Assembly: GCA_003427395.1 (NCBI GenBank) | Contig: BFEA01000038.1 | Location: forward strand, 1,281,792 to 1,345,791 | DNA length: 64,000 nt | DNA from: Chara braunii | Taxonomy: Eukaryota > Plantae > Charophyceae | Direction: 5' to 3' | Shown here: one piece after another, positions 11,173 through 24,835 of the stretch | How the letters are laid out: every line of letters begins with the position of its first letter | How positions within the stretch are numbered: the first letter of the stretch is position 1 | The notes under the pieces: generated by a model | The model's input: the letters and a program-made list of their open reading frames with translations, nothing else | Told to the model about the DNA's origin: nothing | Databases searched by the model: none | Program-made: the position numbers and the translations under genes

Positions 11173-13703
11173 TGTCGAGCGCATCGGCCCCCACGTGAGC
11201 GAGGGCCCTCCCGGCTATGTCACGCAGGATTAAAAACCAAACCAAAACAAAATAGGAGACAGCCTAGGAACGATGCATACATAATCCCGTGAGCCGCCGA
11301 GACGGGCACGGTCGCGTCGTTCCTTCGCCGCTCTAGCCGGGTGCGCTAGCTGTACATCCCGCGGTCCCCTACGACAGGTCATATTGTCGAATACTGCTAT
11401 TTCGGTCGGACGTCAACGACGTCAAGTTTTTAAAAAAAAAGTGTCTCGCGGTCATAGGGTTGGTGTGAATAAACTTTTGACAACCATCAATTTCATCAAG
11501 TCTTTCAATTCAACGAAAGAGTCGGACTGCGTCCGACGTTGAAAATCATGGGCAAATATTCTTCTCAGGATATTTGCCCCGACAGCATTCCCAGACCCCA
11601 ATGAACGACGTCCCCGTCGTTCACCATCAAAATACAAAAGTTAGGATCCTTATGAAATTCCCATGTGAAACAATAATTACCATACACACCAATCCAAAAC
11701 AATTGTCTGGAACAAAGTCAACAAGTTTACTAACGACCTGGATTCATCCTCCAGAAGCCTAAATAGAACACAACAAAAACTGGATTTAACCTCCAAAAGC
11801 CTAAACTTTAACAGTTTTCCACTCATCAATTGGAATAGTACCAAATTCTGCCCCTGGCAAGCCTAAAATCAAAACTTGGACCCAGGTTTCGCCCCTGGAA
11901 GCCTAAAATATAGAGAATCTTTTTCAGAATGGTCCCAGCATCATCCCACTGGCGGCCAACAAATTATGTCCCTCTAAATGGTCACCAGATTACGCCCCTG
12001 GAAGCCAAAAATTGACAACCTTCAGGTTGATATCACAATAGATCATCCTGTCGGAAGCTGTTCAGATCTAGTCTGAACAAACCATTCAGAGAGCAACCAC
12101 TCATTCAAAGTCTTCGTCCAAGTTTTGAGCCCATTCCAACTTCAGAGCAAAAAAACAACTCACATTGCCATCATGTCCGATATCTCTGAACTTTTGTGAT
12201 ATGCGTCAAGGAGCGGTGCAATCCTTTTCACAGGATAATATCTCGACATCAAGCCCCGCTTAAGATTCGAGCCTCACCACCTTCCCTCCGATTCCAGCGC
12301 TTTCAATCCTATTAGTCTTCTGCATGTAGAGTAGAACCGCCCCACCTTCCACAACCGAGGTTGGTTAGACCCCGGTCGTAGAGGTACGGTGACCATGTCA
12401 GACACGAGGTTAGGTAACCACTCCTCCGCTCGCGGCAAACAATAGTCACCTACCCTACAGACAGTATTCTAATAAGACATCAACTCCTTCCTCCCTTTCA
12501 ATGATAGTGTAGTCCTCTTTCCCTTAAACGGCATAGGGTTCAGAAGACAACATCCCGCTATGGACCAGGAGCATAGCTCCGGCGCGAACCTCACTACTAT
12601 CTATAGAGCTCACAATTCCATCAGAAGGTATCGTGTCATGACAACAAACAAATGACTATTATATTCAAATCAACAATGATACAACTCACGACAATTTACA
12701 ACAAATGCTTTCACATGGAATTTCATAAATGTTCCGAGCTAAATAGTTACCAACAATAGATCAGATACCTTCATGTAAAATGTATCACATACACACAAAA
12801 TCGATAACCTTTAAATAAATGGGCGTCCGGGTAAACTGATCGACTGAAATGTAAAGTTCATAACTCCACAAAATAATATCAACAAAAATCAACCTTTGGC
12901 AGACAATGTTCCAAATACCTTCAACTAGAGGATCATAATTGAAAGAATACCCCCAAAGTATCTGATTGAAGCAATCGATATAAAAAAATCTTGGCACAAC
13001 GCCTGAAATTTTATAGATAATAAGTATTAATAACAATAATTTTAATTATGAGAAAAATAACTGATTAGATCCGAATCACGATTTTTAAATGTATATTGAA
13101 CTGAAATGTTCTGAATAAATCATCCGAATACATCCACAATGTAGAGTCTAAGAAATAAATATATAGCGATAAAATAATTAGTTCCAAAAATTTAGACTGC
13201 AATCAAATAAGCCATCATAAAACAAAACATTCGAGTGTCGTTCCACCAGGAACAACGGTAGTTTGCCGTTATCCCCGGCAACGGCGCCTTCTGTCGAGCG
13301 CATCGGCCCCCGCATGAGCGAGGGCCCTCCCGGCTATGTCACGCAGGATTAAAAACCAAACCAAAACAAAATAGGAGACAACCTAGGAACGACGCATACA
13401 TAATCCCGTGAGCCGCCGAAACGGGCACGGTCGCGTCGTTCCTTTGCCGCTCTAGCCGGGTGCGCCAGCTGTACATCCTGCGGTCCCCTACGACAGGTCG
13501 TACTGCCGAATATTGCTATTTCGGTCGGACGTCAACGACGTCAAGTTCTAAAAAAAAAAGTGTCTCTCTGTCATAGGGTTGGTGTGAATAAACTTTTGAC
13601 AACCATCAGTCTCATCAAGTCTTTCAATTCAACGAAAGAGTCGGACTGCGTCCGACGTTGAAAATCATGGGCAAATACCCTTGTCAGGGTATTTGCCCCG
13701 ACA
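11173..13703 (-). mobile_element. Non-autonomous, non-coding LTR retroelement (TRIM/LARD-like) with 412-bp LTRs, inserted in the host protease
   Basis: Direct repeats 11173-11584 and 13292-13703 (TGTCGAG...CCGACA). tRNA-Asp PBS complement atccccggcaacggcgcc at 13271-13288. PPT complement gcattcccagacccc at 11585-11599. Host target cgac is duplicated. Confidence 0.93.
11738..12060 (-). repeat. Degenerate array of 6-7 small hairpin units (hairpin plus aagcctaaa) near the PPT of the small element
   Basis: Units such as ctgga-ttcatcc-tccag-aagcctaaa, ccagg-tttcgcc-cctgg-aagcctaaa and ccag-attacgccc-ctgg-aagccaaaa, spaced about 40-60 bp apart. Confidence 0.6.
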
Positions 13704-16700
13704 ACGACTGTTTGGAAAGGCTGCACCTACAGGACCGGGTACGGCACCTTAGTAGACCCGTAGCATCTACTTTGGCCAACAAGGAGCGCATGATTGTAAC
13801 AGACTACATCAAGGACGTAGTCTGTACCTTCTCCTATGGAGGAGGTGAGCTTAACCATAAGATCTCGTTCTTGGTTAGCGACGACTTGCCATTCGAAATG
13901 TTGTTAGGCATGTACTACCTCGAAGTCGTTAAGCCCCAGTTCGACTGGGATAAGAAGGTGCTCAAGCATAAGTTGTCCGATGGCCGAACTGTCAGATTGA
14001 CTAAGTTCAAGGCCAGTAGTATTATAGGTACCTATGACTGCTTGTGCGCATCAGGGTTCTACAACTACTACAAGCAAAACGAAGAGGAGGGTATGTACCT
14101 TATTTATGTCTCTGAGAAGGGGGAGGCCGTTAAAACACCCCCAGAGATAGAACGCGTCGTTGCTAAGTTCCCTGATCTGTTCGAGGAGCCCACATGAGTT
14201 GTTGAAAGGAAAGTCGTCCACGCTCTAGAAATCATTCCAGGGAGTAAGACCCCAAAGGAAAGGATCTATAGGATGGCCCTGCCGAGTTAGATGAACTTCG
14301 GCGACAGCTTAAGGAGTTGACAGAGAAGGGTTGGATTCGGCCTAGTACTTCCCCTTACGGATCACCCGTTCTATTCGTACCGAAGAAGGGGGGTACTTTG
14401 AGGATGTGCATTGACTATAGAGGCCTTAATGCCATCACTGTGAAAAACGCAAAGCCTCAACCTCGCATAGACGACCTACTGGATAGGGTGCAGGGATGCA
14501 AGTACTATAGTAAGATAGACTTGACATTTGGATATCACCAGATCGCAATAAGACCTGAGGACCAACACAAGACAACTTTTCAGACGCGTTATGGTCTGTA
14601 TGAGTTTGTAGTGATGCCCTTTGGTCTTTGTAATGCGTCGGGTATGTTCCAGCACGCTATGAATCGGATCTTCCATGACCATTTAGATAAGTTTGTCGTG
14701 GTCTACTTAGACGACATTCTGATCTTTAGTAAGTCTGTCGAGGAGCATGCACAACATGTTGAGAAAGTACTCTCACTCCTGCGAGAGCACAAGTATAAGG
14801 TCAACTTAGAGAAGTGCGAATTTGGCCGCACTAAGATACTATACTTGGGTCATGAAGTATCCGCGGAGGGAATTAGGCCGAAAGATGCGAAGGTGGCTAG
14901 TATTCGAGACTGGCCACGACCTCAGACAGTCACTGAGGTTAGGTCATTCTTAGGAATGTGCGGCTACTATAGAAACTTCGTTAAGAACTATTCTACAGTC
15001 GCCTCTCCTTTGACTGATCTAACTCAACTTGACACACCGTGAGACTGGAGTGATGAGTGCGAGGGTGCTTTCAAGAGATTGAAGCATGCACTCATGAATC
15101 ATGAAGTTCTCACGGTTCCCGATCCGCAGAAGCCATTCATAGTGACCACTGACGCAAGCCAATACGACATTGGCGTAGTGCTGGCTCAACAAGATGGGAA
15201 AAAGTTGAGACCGATTAAGTAGCAGAGTAAGAAAATGCCATCGAAGAAGTTGGCTAAATCCACCTACGAAAGGGAACTCTATGCTCTCTACAAGGCACTT
15301 GTCCATTGGAGACACTTCCTTTTGGGAAGGTTCTTCTATCTGAGGACTGATCATCAGACCCTCAAATGAATTAAGACTCAACTGACTCTTTCTGATGCAC
15401 TCATGCGATGGATTGAGGTCATAGACCAATATGACTTCAAGCTTGAGTACCTGAAGGGAGAGTACAACAAGGTTGTGGACGCGCTATCCTGTAGAGCAGA
15501 CTACCTAGGTGCGCTAGTTTCTGACTTTGGCGTATCTAATGAAGTAACTCAATCATTGGTGGGAGCCTATCAGGAAGACTCTGTCACGATGGACATCATC
15601 CGCAAACTTCAGGCAAAAGACAATGCCACAGAAAGTGAGTTTGTGATGGTGAACGGGCTAATCTATCTTGATAAGGCCGGAATAAAGAGATTGGTAGTCC
15701 CATCTAGTGAACAGTTGCGTAGTTCATTTTTAGGCGAATGTCATGACGCAACTGGGCACTTTGGCTACAAGAAGACGAGTGCTAACTTAGTACACCGATT
15801 TTGGTGGCCCAGAATGCTAGATGATGCAAAAAAGTATGTTGAGACCTGTCAGGTCTGTCAGCGAGACGAGCCGCGAACTCAAGCACCGCTTGGGTTGTTG
15901 AAGCCTTTACCTATTCCTGATGGTCCAGGATTGAGTGTTTCCATGGATTTCATGGACACCCTAGTGACCAGCAAGAGTGGTAAGAGGCACATTTTCGTCA
16001 TCATCGACCGATTCACCAAGTTTGCTAGACTAGTACCAATGCCAGAGACAGCCAGGACAAAATACGTCATCAAGGTTGTTCGAGGACAACTGGGTAAGGG
16101 ACTTTGGTTTACCAAAGACCATCATTAGTGACCGAGACGTCCGATTCACAAGTGAGTTGTGGAGGAAGACTGCAGAACAGATGGGCAGTCAACTTCAGAT
16201 GACTTCAGGGAATCATCCCGAAGCCAACGGACAGGCCGAACAAATGAATAGAGTTGTACAGCACTTGCTGAGGCATTACATCAAGCCCAACCAGGATGAC
16301 AGGGATGAGCAGTTACCTCTCATCGCCAGCCTGTACAACAATGCTATACATAGCAGCACCGGCGTTAGTCCTAACCAGCTGCACTTAGGATGGAAGCCTA
16401 GATCAGCACTAGACTTTCTCCTACCTGAAAACCGAGCCGCTGCAACTCCAGGCACACTTGAATACGGTGTGTAATACGCGAAGTTGCTGCAAGAGGTTGT
16501 TGAACATATGAAGAAAGTTCAGCAAGCCATGATTGCTTATGAGAATCAACATCGCAGACAGTCCACATTTCAGGTAGGGGAACGTGTCAGGGTCAAGGCT
16601 AGTGAGTTAGGACAGGAGTTCAGAATATCTCGTAAACTAATGCCTCAGTACTTTGGTCCCTGGGAAGTCTTGGATGTAGTGGGGGATGAGTTGGATGGTC

Positions 16701-17080
16701 CCACATATGTCATTCGTGTCCCTGGACACCTACACACTCACCCAGTCTTTCATGCCTCAAAGCTTGCACCTTTCGCTGAGACTGATCAATTCCCTTTTAG
16801 GAGATCAATGTTGCCCCCAACCATGGATGGACAAGTCGACATCGACAAGATTGTGGATCACAGGGACATGCCTGTTGCAAAGCCGCAGGGTCGAGGAAGA
16901 CCTCCTAAACCCAAGAGAGAATATCGCGTCAGATTCAGGCATCACAGGGATCCCAAAGAAGATCGGTGGTTCACCAGGGAGGAACTGATTGACACAGCTC
17001 CTCAGGTGGTGGCAGAATATGAAAGGAAGCTGAAAGGGAAGGCACCTGCGAAGTAAGCATCTCAACGGACTTTCGAAGCT

Positions 17081-17093
17081 AAGGGGGATGGAA
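17081..17093 (+). promoter_or_regulatory. Polypurine tract
   Basis: aagggggatggaa immediately before the 3' LTR. Confidence 0.9.
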
Positions 17094-18135
17094 TGTGAGG
17101 AACGAGCCCTCAAGTGGGGGCCTTGCCATGATGTACATGTTCTGGGCTAAGGCCCCAGCAAGCCTCGTGCCCGCCCTAAGTGAAGGCGGGCCAGGAAATC
17201 AACAAGAGCCCTCTGTGCCAACATTTCACGAAGTGGGGTCCATACAGTTGCAGCACGCCAGTTGGTTGGAGTGCATCGAGTCTCGGATTCCAGCAAATGT
17301 TGAAAGCCCAGGGCCTCTGAGTTAGTTAGGCCCTGGGCACTCGAACGTGAGGCCGACAATGCATGCTGGGTATAGAGGCCGAAAATGCCAGAAGGAAATC
17401 GGCCCACTATCTGAATTTGCCCGCAGGCCTTGATGAAAGGAGGCGCAACAGCATTGCCCCGGGGCCCAACTGTATCGGGCTGGGTTCAGCCTCTGGGCCC
17501 CGGTCACAGGCTGAAGGGAGGCCGCCCACACGCTGCACTGATATATAGGCAAGCAGAGCGAGTGGGCAGGCATCTTGGTCATTGCGAGCAAGGCCGGCAC
17601 GCTACTGCATTGCATGCATGCTGCGTTGCGCTAAGGCTAAGGGACGCAGGCTAGCGCTAGGCGGTAAGGCGCTGCCTGCATACAGGGCGCTTGGCGGCCA
17701 TAGCCGGGCTGCAGAGGGCGCAAAGGGGTGAAGGGCAAAGGTGGTTCTTCGGAGGTGAAGGACGTTGTGTGGGTAATAGGGAAGAGTGTGGGTGAAGAGG
17801 ACACGTACCTGGTGGAGGTGGAGGTCGGCATTGGTGTTGACATCATCATCTGCTGGTAGTCAAGTTGTCTGGTTGCTTTCATTGCTATAGTTGTAGGATA
17901 GGTTGTAGAGTAGATAGGGCGCCTGGCGCCATTCACAAGAGAGAGCTACATTTGGGTTATGTTGTTGGTGTTGCCCTGTTGGGCATGGACATTGACTCAA
18001 GATTCTTCTGTATCATTCTCAATTGGATGGTTACTCGGTTCCATTGTGCTATCTGCTTTGGCCTTGACTACTTGGACTTCAGTGTGATTTTGCATTCTGG
18101 ATTTCTGTGCTTCGTCCATATTCATGTTCCTTGCA
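17094..18135 (+). repeat. 3' LTR (1042 bp)
   Basis: tgtgaggaac...gttccttgca, followed by the TSD atac. Confidence 0.96.
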
Positions 18136-19049
18136 ATACATATAATCATCTTAACAATTATTTTACTATTTCTATTAAAATAATATCCTAATTAGTTATC
18201 AAAATTTTATTTCTAAATTTATAAATTTATAAATAATCCTCCAGAATATTCTAGAATCATCTTAACTCTCAACTCCTATAACTAAGCTGATTGGTATTTT
18301 TAATACCTAAATTCCTACATTTCGAATTTTTGAATCTCCAATCTACATTTTCACTTTCCATGGTTTTATCTTCGCTGCATTGCTTTCATAAGCTGACTCC
18401 CATCCAATTCTATTGTAGACACCTGGTCTTCTAGATTTCTCTAGTCTGCAATGCTGCATTTTCATTTTCCATGTTTTAATTTTTGCTGCATTTGCTTCCA
18501 TGAGCTGACTCTTATCCAATTCTTTCACAAAAACCTGGTTTTTAAAATTTCTCCAGCGTAAATTTCTTGGTTCAAAGGCCGGTTCTTGATATCTATATTC
18601 GCCTCTTTGTGCATCAACATTTTTTTCTTAATGGATGGAAGGTGGAGTGAACAGGGGAGAGCTCCACTCTGCAGGGGCCGACGCCAGGTGGGACGTGAAG
18701 CCCTGGAGGGAGTGCAAGCAGATTTAGTGGGTTGCTCTATTATGGGGTTGGGGTGGGAATACACATCCCAGCGGGGGCAGACTAGGGTAAAAGGTGAGCA
18801 GAGGCATACTTTGGGATGGAACTGTATGCCTTTGAGGCATAAAGGGGGGTAATGTGAGACTTTCCCAAGTTGGGGCTGAGATGGGATGCCTGTGATCTGG
18901 GTAATCCGTTTCGGTGGAGGCACCGTTGGGATAGGGTGGGAAGGAGGGGAGGGGGGAGATTAAGTTTCACAGAACAAGTGCTTCAAAATTTCATAGTCTT
19001 CAATCATGTTATATCAAATGTTTCGGTGTTCTGAAATTTTTGACAACAT

Positions 19050-19980
19050 GTGGTCTTCTTCCTCATTCGGGATATAAAATTTCAGAGTTGGTCGAATCTG
19101 GACTGATATCTGCAGAGTTGCTTTGTTCTATACCTCTGCTTTGTTGATGCCGGAACGACGCTGGCCGGAGCTGGGGTGTTGCCCTTTAACCTACAAATGC
19201 AGGAGTGTGAGGCCTTGAAGAGAGATTTGGGAATTTGCTGAGGGAGGAAGGCAATTTAGTGGCGAACTGGGGGGAGCTGCCTTGACAACCTATGGGTCCA
19301 AGGATAGTTTAGGTGGCGAGACTAGTCAGCTACGGTTGACGTTAGTTAGGATGACATTGTCTCTGAGATGTAATGTCCTGGTGCAGGGAGGGCTAGGAGT
19401 TGTTCTAGGATTAGGATGCCAGAATTGCTGATATAGCCTTCTATATTTTTACACACTCATCATCATCATCATCATTAAAAAAAAAAAAGTCATTTCTGGT
19501 TTTCTGTAATTCTTGGCAGCATCTGGCCTTCGTTCTCATTTGGGATATAGGATTTCAGAGATGGTCGAATCTGGACTGATATTGGCAGAGTTGCTTTGTT
19601 TTGTGTCCCTGGTTTGCCGATGCCAGAACGACGTTGGCCGGAGCTGGGGCAATGCCCTGTAACCTGCAAATGGAAGGAGTCTGAGGCCTTGTAGAGAGAT
19701 CTAGGGTTTTGATGAGGGAGGAAGGCAATCCAGTGGCAAACCGGGGGGGGCTGCCTTGACAACCTATGGGTCCGGGATAGTCTAGGTGGCGAGAACAGGT
19801 CAACTTTGGTTGACGTTGGTTAGGATGGAATTGTCTCTGAGATGTTATGTCCGGTTATAAGGAGGGTTGGGAGTTGTTCTAGGAGCAGGAGGCCAGAATT
19901 TGTTGATATAGTATAGTCTTAGATATTTTTTACATACTAATCGTCATCGTCATTAGCATCATCATCATTAGTATGATTAT
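19050..19980. repeat. Diverged tandem duplication of about 480 bp, each copy ending in (CAT)n-like repeats
   Basis: ggtcgaatctggactgatat occurs near 19090 and 19563; ctgccttgacaacctatgggtcc is present in both copies. Confidence 0.8.
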
Positions 19981-21254
19981 CTCATAGTTTACATAGAATC
20001 AGCAGAAGCTCATCATCATCATCATCATCATCATATGGGGACATTGAGCCCGGTTCTCAGCAATTTCGGTTCGGTCACTCCGGGTAGACTGTGAGGACCC
20101 CGGCATCAATCTTCTTATTGGTAATATCAGCCTTGGGCACTGGGTCCTTTTAATTAAAAAAAAAAAAAAAAAAAAAGATCCCCAGAGGAAGTTCAGTGAA
20201 CTGGATGCGAGTCTGGACATTCTGTGGAGACTGTGGAAAAACTCAGACTCTGAGGGTACGTGGCAACGAAAGCCCCTTACTGAATATTAGGTCCCATATC
20301 TTCCGACTAACTTCATCCTTGTAGCAATCCCCCCCTCTCACTGTCCCCCCCCTTGAACTCCCAACCTCCCGGCACCATGCCTGCACCACATAGCCTCACT
20401 CCCAACCCGAAGACATGATGGAAAAGTACGTGCAAGGAACAACGATGCGCTAAGGGAGGCAGAAACGAAAGGGGGGGCAGCTACAAGTCTAGGGACTGTG
20501 GACTGTGGACTTGCTCAGTAACAACCAATGACGACTTCGGAGGGCAGCCACATACAGTATCAAAGAGACAATTGAAGCATACATAGGACCATGCATATTC
20601 AAAGGAGTGGCGGCACACTCTACAGACACAGGCGACTCACAGAGCAATGGTTCCGCCCCATCAGAACAAAAGGTGTATAGAATGGAGGGGCGACGTCTCA
20701 GATTCACTGCAATGAAGTCTGTGGGCGCACAGTGTTCAGTGTTCTGCTTCTCGAGGGCTTAAGGGTTCAGACTACTAAAGAGGGAGGCGGGATATAAGCA
20801 GGGATGGTATGTGCTGATATGTACAATCAAAGTCGTGCCTGCCACAGTCTATAAAATGTGAGAGTTCTGCGTCGAAGCAATCATGTATCAAGGGTGAAGG
20901 GTTTAGGGTTTAGGGATTAGGTTCCAAAGGGAGGAGGATAAATGGACGAGGATGAATGTGGCCACCCTCGATATCGACCAACATACGGTGAATAAAGGTG
21001 GGGAGGAGCTAGTGACTCATTGAATATTAATGGCGGTCTTTCGACAGATTGACGAGGCGATCCCCCCACATGTTTCAACCGGTCCCTGTCTTTCAATGTA
21101 CAAATTTATAAAGGGACACTGGGCCCGTTTTCCAGCAGGTGCAGCTCCCGACCAATATATGGAGCCTCCTCCGAGGAAGCTTGAGGTGTCTGCTCCTCCT
21201 ACCAGTGCCTCAAGCTGATCCCGGGGTTGTTTTCTTTCCAAAAGACAAAAAAAG

Positions 21255-21286
<32 letters not shown>

Positions 21287-21287
21287 A

Positions 21288-21488
21288 GGGGAAACTACGC
21301 AAGAGCCACAAAAATGAGTTATAATTGCACTAGGGGCCAAGATACAGTTTCGAATTGCAGTTCGGGCAATGTATACAACCCATTTTTCTGGCCAGGTAGG
21401 ATGCCCGAAGTGCAATTGCAAACTGTATCTTGCCCCGCAGTGCAATTATAACTCGTTTTTGAGACTCTATTGAAGTTACGCCCCTCCC
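21288..21488. mobile_element. Foldback/MITE-like element
   Basis: Core inverted repeat gagttataattgcact (21316) / agtgcaattataactc (ends 21454), extending imperfectly to GGGG...CCC ends between A-runs. TSD not resolvable. Confidence 0.55.
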
Positions 21489-21489
21489 A

Positions 21490-22508
21490 AAAAAAAGGGT
21501 CAGAGTGCTGCAAAATGACAAGCAACGGAAATGTCTATATGATCCCTCGCTGACAACCTGCCAGCTTCCGTTTGGCCCTCAGAACGGGAATGGTCATGGG
21601 CAAACAACCAGAAAATGCCTATTTTGCAATACGCCGTCAAGCAAGGATGTAGGGTTGCTATGCAATCGACACAGACAACAAAGCTAATCCAGCAAATAGC
21701 GAAGAGATGGGAAAGGGATTCCTCACTGAACCAATCTGACTTGGAGGGGTTCTCCTGGTCCAGGTACACGCACATACACCAAACCGACGAACCATAGGGC
21801 TCTTCAACGGCAAATGATAGACAGATGCCTCTCTATGCCAGATGGGATTGTCTCCCACTCCAACCTGGAACAACAAGGGTGTCTCTCACAGATGTGTACA
21901 TTCTGCTGTCCAAACTCTCCTGAAAAAAAAGGTGAAACTCTCCTAAGAAAAAGGCCATGCTAGAGCACTGTCTCCTGGACTGCCCAATGGTAGCTCAAAT
22001 ATGGAGATGGTGGGATGCAGAGTGACACTATTTAATAGGAATCCACCTACCATGGAATACAAAACCCCTCTTGCCGGGTAAATGACCACAAGATGCTGCA
22101 CAATGGAGTACGCTTACTGACACCATCTTCAAATACACAAGACTAACCATACTAATGATTGCATGGAGGGCGCGATGCTCCCACGAAAGAAAGCAGTTTA
22201 ACCTTGGGTTTATACAAGCAAAGGCGGTCCTTTTAGATACAACCAGAGAAAAGACTAGACAACAATGGCATAAAACAAGAGATTGAAACTGAACTAGACT
22301 CAACCAACAAACATAATTTGATCACAACAGTCAGAATAACATGGATTGACCCGGGTAAAAAGATTTGCGAATTGGATCAACACAACAACTTGCTCTGGGA
22401 ATTCTGGCATACTACGGAAAGCCATTGGGAGAGAATGCTGGCAGAATGCTTTGTCCTCCACTACCGGACCGACTCCCCAAACATACACTGGCTCCCCTTA
22501 TAGGCCCC
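21490..22508 (+). mobile_element. LINE ORF2 3' fragment (zf-RVT-like CCHC region)
   Basis: Hand translation near 21895-22015 gives CTFC...LEHCLLDCPMVAQIWRWW, followed by a Trp-rich tail typical of L1-clade ORF2 C-termini. Boundaries approximate. Confidence 0.7.
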
Positions 22509-23841
22509 TGTGACACCCTAACCTCACGCCCGGCGCGACTTCCTGATCGGAGTGGGAGTGGGCCTGGAAGTGTGAAACGGGGGTGTGCCAAGGATTTTAG
22601 GAAAGTGGGGGTGGAGTCCCAGGTCAGAACTGAGATCTCCCGTTGCAAGGTGTAGGGATACGAGTGCAAGAGGGTAGGCGCGGATCGGAGTCCTGTTTTA
22701 TGCTTCAGAAAGCAGAGCTACCGCCTCCGCTGGTTCCGTCGTCTAGGTCGGACTCGTATCTGGTGCACCGTCGGGAAGCTATGGCTATCCCGCTGGCTGG
22801 TCACCTGCCAGCGTCGAACGTCACAAGTCTTGGAATCTGACACGACCGTCCTCAGTCGAAGGCTGCGGCCGTCGTTCGTCCTCCAAGTGAGTTCGTTGGA
22901 TGAAGCCGGAGGCTCGGTAATCGTGGTCCTGCAGGCACTCCGAGCACGGGGGTTGGGGCCAGTAGGGAGCGATTGCACGTCAGGGGATGATGGTTAGGGA
23001 GTGGAAGGGCAGGATGCGGTGATAGGGAGGGAATTCGGTTCCCAGGATAATGATTTCGGGTTCCATGACGACGTGACACATGTGTGAGCTAGGACAGTTG
23101 GGGAGATGGGGGATACGTCCCAAGGCCTGGTCAATATCCCACTCACAAATACGCTCGTTCCCGATTAAGTAGGGAAATTCTGGAGGTTCCGCCCTTGATC
23201 ATGCTGACAAACAAGAGTGTTCCCAATATCCCCGGAATTCCCGACCCCTCAGGCACTCGCGGTCAGTGATACAAAAGGGGACTTCAATATTCATACTGCA
23301 GGGTAGGGCAGAAATTCAGACATTCGGGAAGTTGGGCAGAGTACAGGTTTTGCAGACACACGTGTAAGTAGCGAACTTCCTCAGTCGGTTTTACACATGC
23401 GTGCACAAGACCTGTCCTTCGGTCGGGTGGATGAAGGTCAACAACTCATAAGGTGGGTAATCCTATAGTCAGACGGACATCTAATTATCTAGCATGCTCA
23501 TCTAATTTGTACTCAAACGGAAACACGCCAAACATCCATGCATCCAGCTTCCAACACACACACTCATAAACAAAAAGAAGTTGATACTCTTCATGCACCA
23601 ATTTTTTGGCAATTGGCCCGGAGATCACACAAGATACGATCGCAGGTGACCAACCAATCCGATTGCCGGTTCAAGCAGAAAGAGAAGGGAAGTTGGGGGG
23701 ACAATCACACATCAGTCTCTAAGAAGAAAGAAAGGAAAGATCCGATATGCCCATCCAAAAGGACAATGGCGACTTGCGCCAAATACCAAAATTGCTCAGA
23801 AGAATAGAAGAGAAACACTATCACAGCACATCTCTTCTCTT

Positions 23842-23846
<5 letters not shown>

Positions 23847-23901
<55 letters not shown>

Positions 23902-23930
23902 NNNNNNNNNNNNNNNNNNNNNNNNNNNNN

Positions 23931-24008
<78 letters not shown>
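23847..24008. repeat. (CT)n microsatellite spanning an N gap
   Basis: Direct reading. Confidence 0.95.
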
Positions 24009-24010
<2 letters not shown>

Positions 24011-24835
24011 ACACCATCCCGATGCAGGCAGTCCGTCGCATCGCACCCACACAGAGTTATCACCCCGCTTAGTCCGAGCATGCAAGCCAGGTTCGCCCGT
24101 GCGCCACAGTCCGTCACGCTCCCACGTCAACTCCGCCTGCCCAACACCAGCTCGTCGGATCGCCCAACTCTCTACTCACCTTCCAGCTCTTGCTCGTTAA
24201 CCGATCCTCTCAACCACGTTAACTCCAAAATTCATAGAGAGAAATTTAATCGCGCTTACGAAATTTGTAGCATGCATGCTTGCGCGAGATACCCGGGTTG
24301 TGCCTGAGTGGGAAGGAAAGAGGAGGAAGGAAGTGTCTACGACTGCATGGCCAGGCCGTGGCGTGGGGGACGTAGCCCCGTCCCACACATCAATCCAATC
24401 ATGCATCGCTTAGGCCAATAGGATTGCGGAGAATATGCATGCGCCAGAGCGCCACAAAAAGATATCCGGAAAGAGAGGATTACAGTTACACTCACATTTG
24501 CCAAGACAGAAATTACAGTTATACGTAAGATTAAGGCGTGGAAACGTCAGAGCACCGGTCCTGACGCGGCAAAGCATGCACAAGCAAGAAGAGTTGTGCA
24601 ACAAAAATTGAGATGCGCCCAAATTCCTAATCTAAATCTTAATTGCAAAAAGAAATTCCGAACAAAGCAAATTCTGAGAGCCCAGGGGGGCTCGACATCA
24701 GTTGAAAATTCAAAAAAGATTTCCTGTGCGACGACCGCGCGAAAATTCTCACTTCCCTTAGCAGAACAAGAAAGAAGTTATGGCAACAATTATTTTCCAC
24801 ACTCGCTAAGGCGCAATAAACTACCAACCATCGTG

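Larger units (their letters stand above)
10838..17056 (+). pseudogene. pol: pol (protease, RT, RNase H, integrase, chromodomain), interrupted at 11170-13704
   Basis: Protease FIDIGS (11053 ORF) resumes as DCLERL after the insertion. RT motifs [11 protein letters not shown] and VYLDDIL; RNase H VTTDASQ; integrase H-H-C-C, SMDFMD and GQAEQMNR; GPW motif; C-terminal chromodomain. Confidence 0.95.
6700..18135 (+). mobile_element. Full-length decayed Ty3/Gypsy LTR retrotransposon, chromovirus-like
   Basis: Two LTRs with TG...CA ends, 4-bp TSD ATAC (6696-6699 and 18136-18139), tRNA-iMet PBS, PPT, and domain order gag-PR-RT-RH-INT-chromodomain. Confidence 0.97.

Noticed and set aside
20898-20922. 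Telomere or interstitial telomeric array (also near 35246)
   Set aside because: Only 2-3 TTTAGGG units, and the LTR copy is degenerate in the sister LTR.
20220-21220. Possible gene or transposon ORF remnant
   Set aside because: Short interrupted frames with no recognisable motif.
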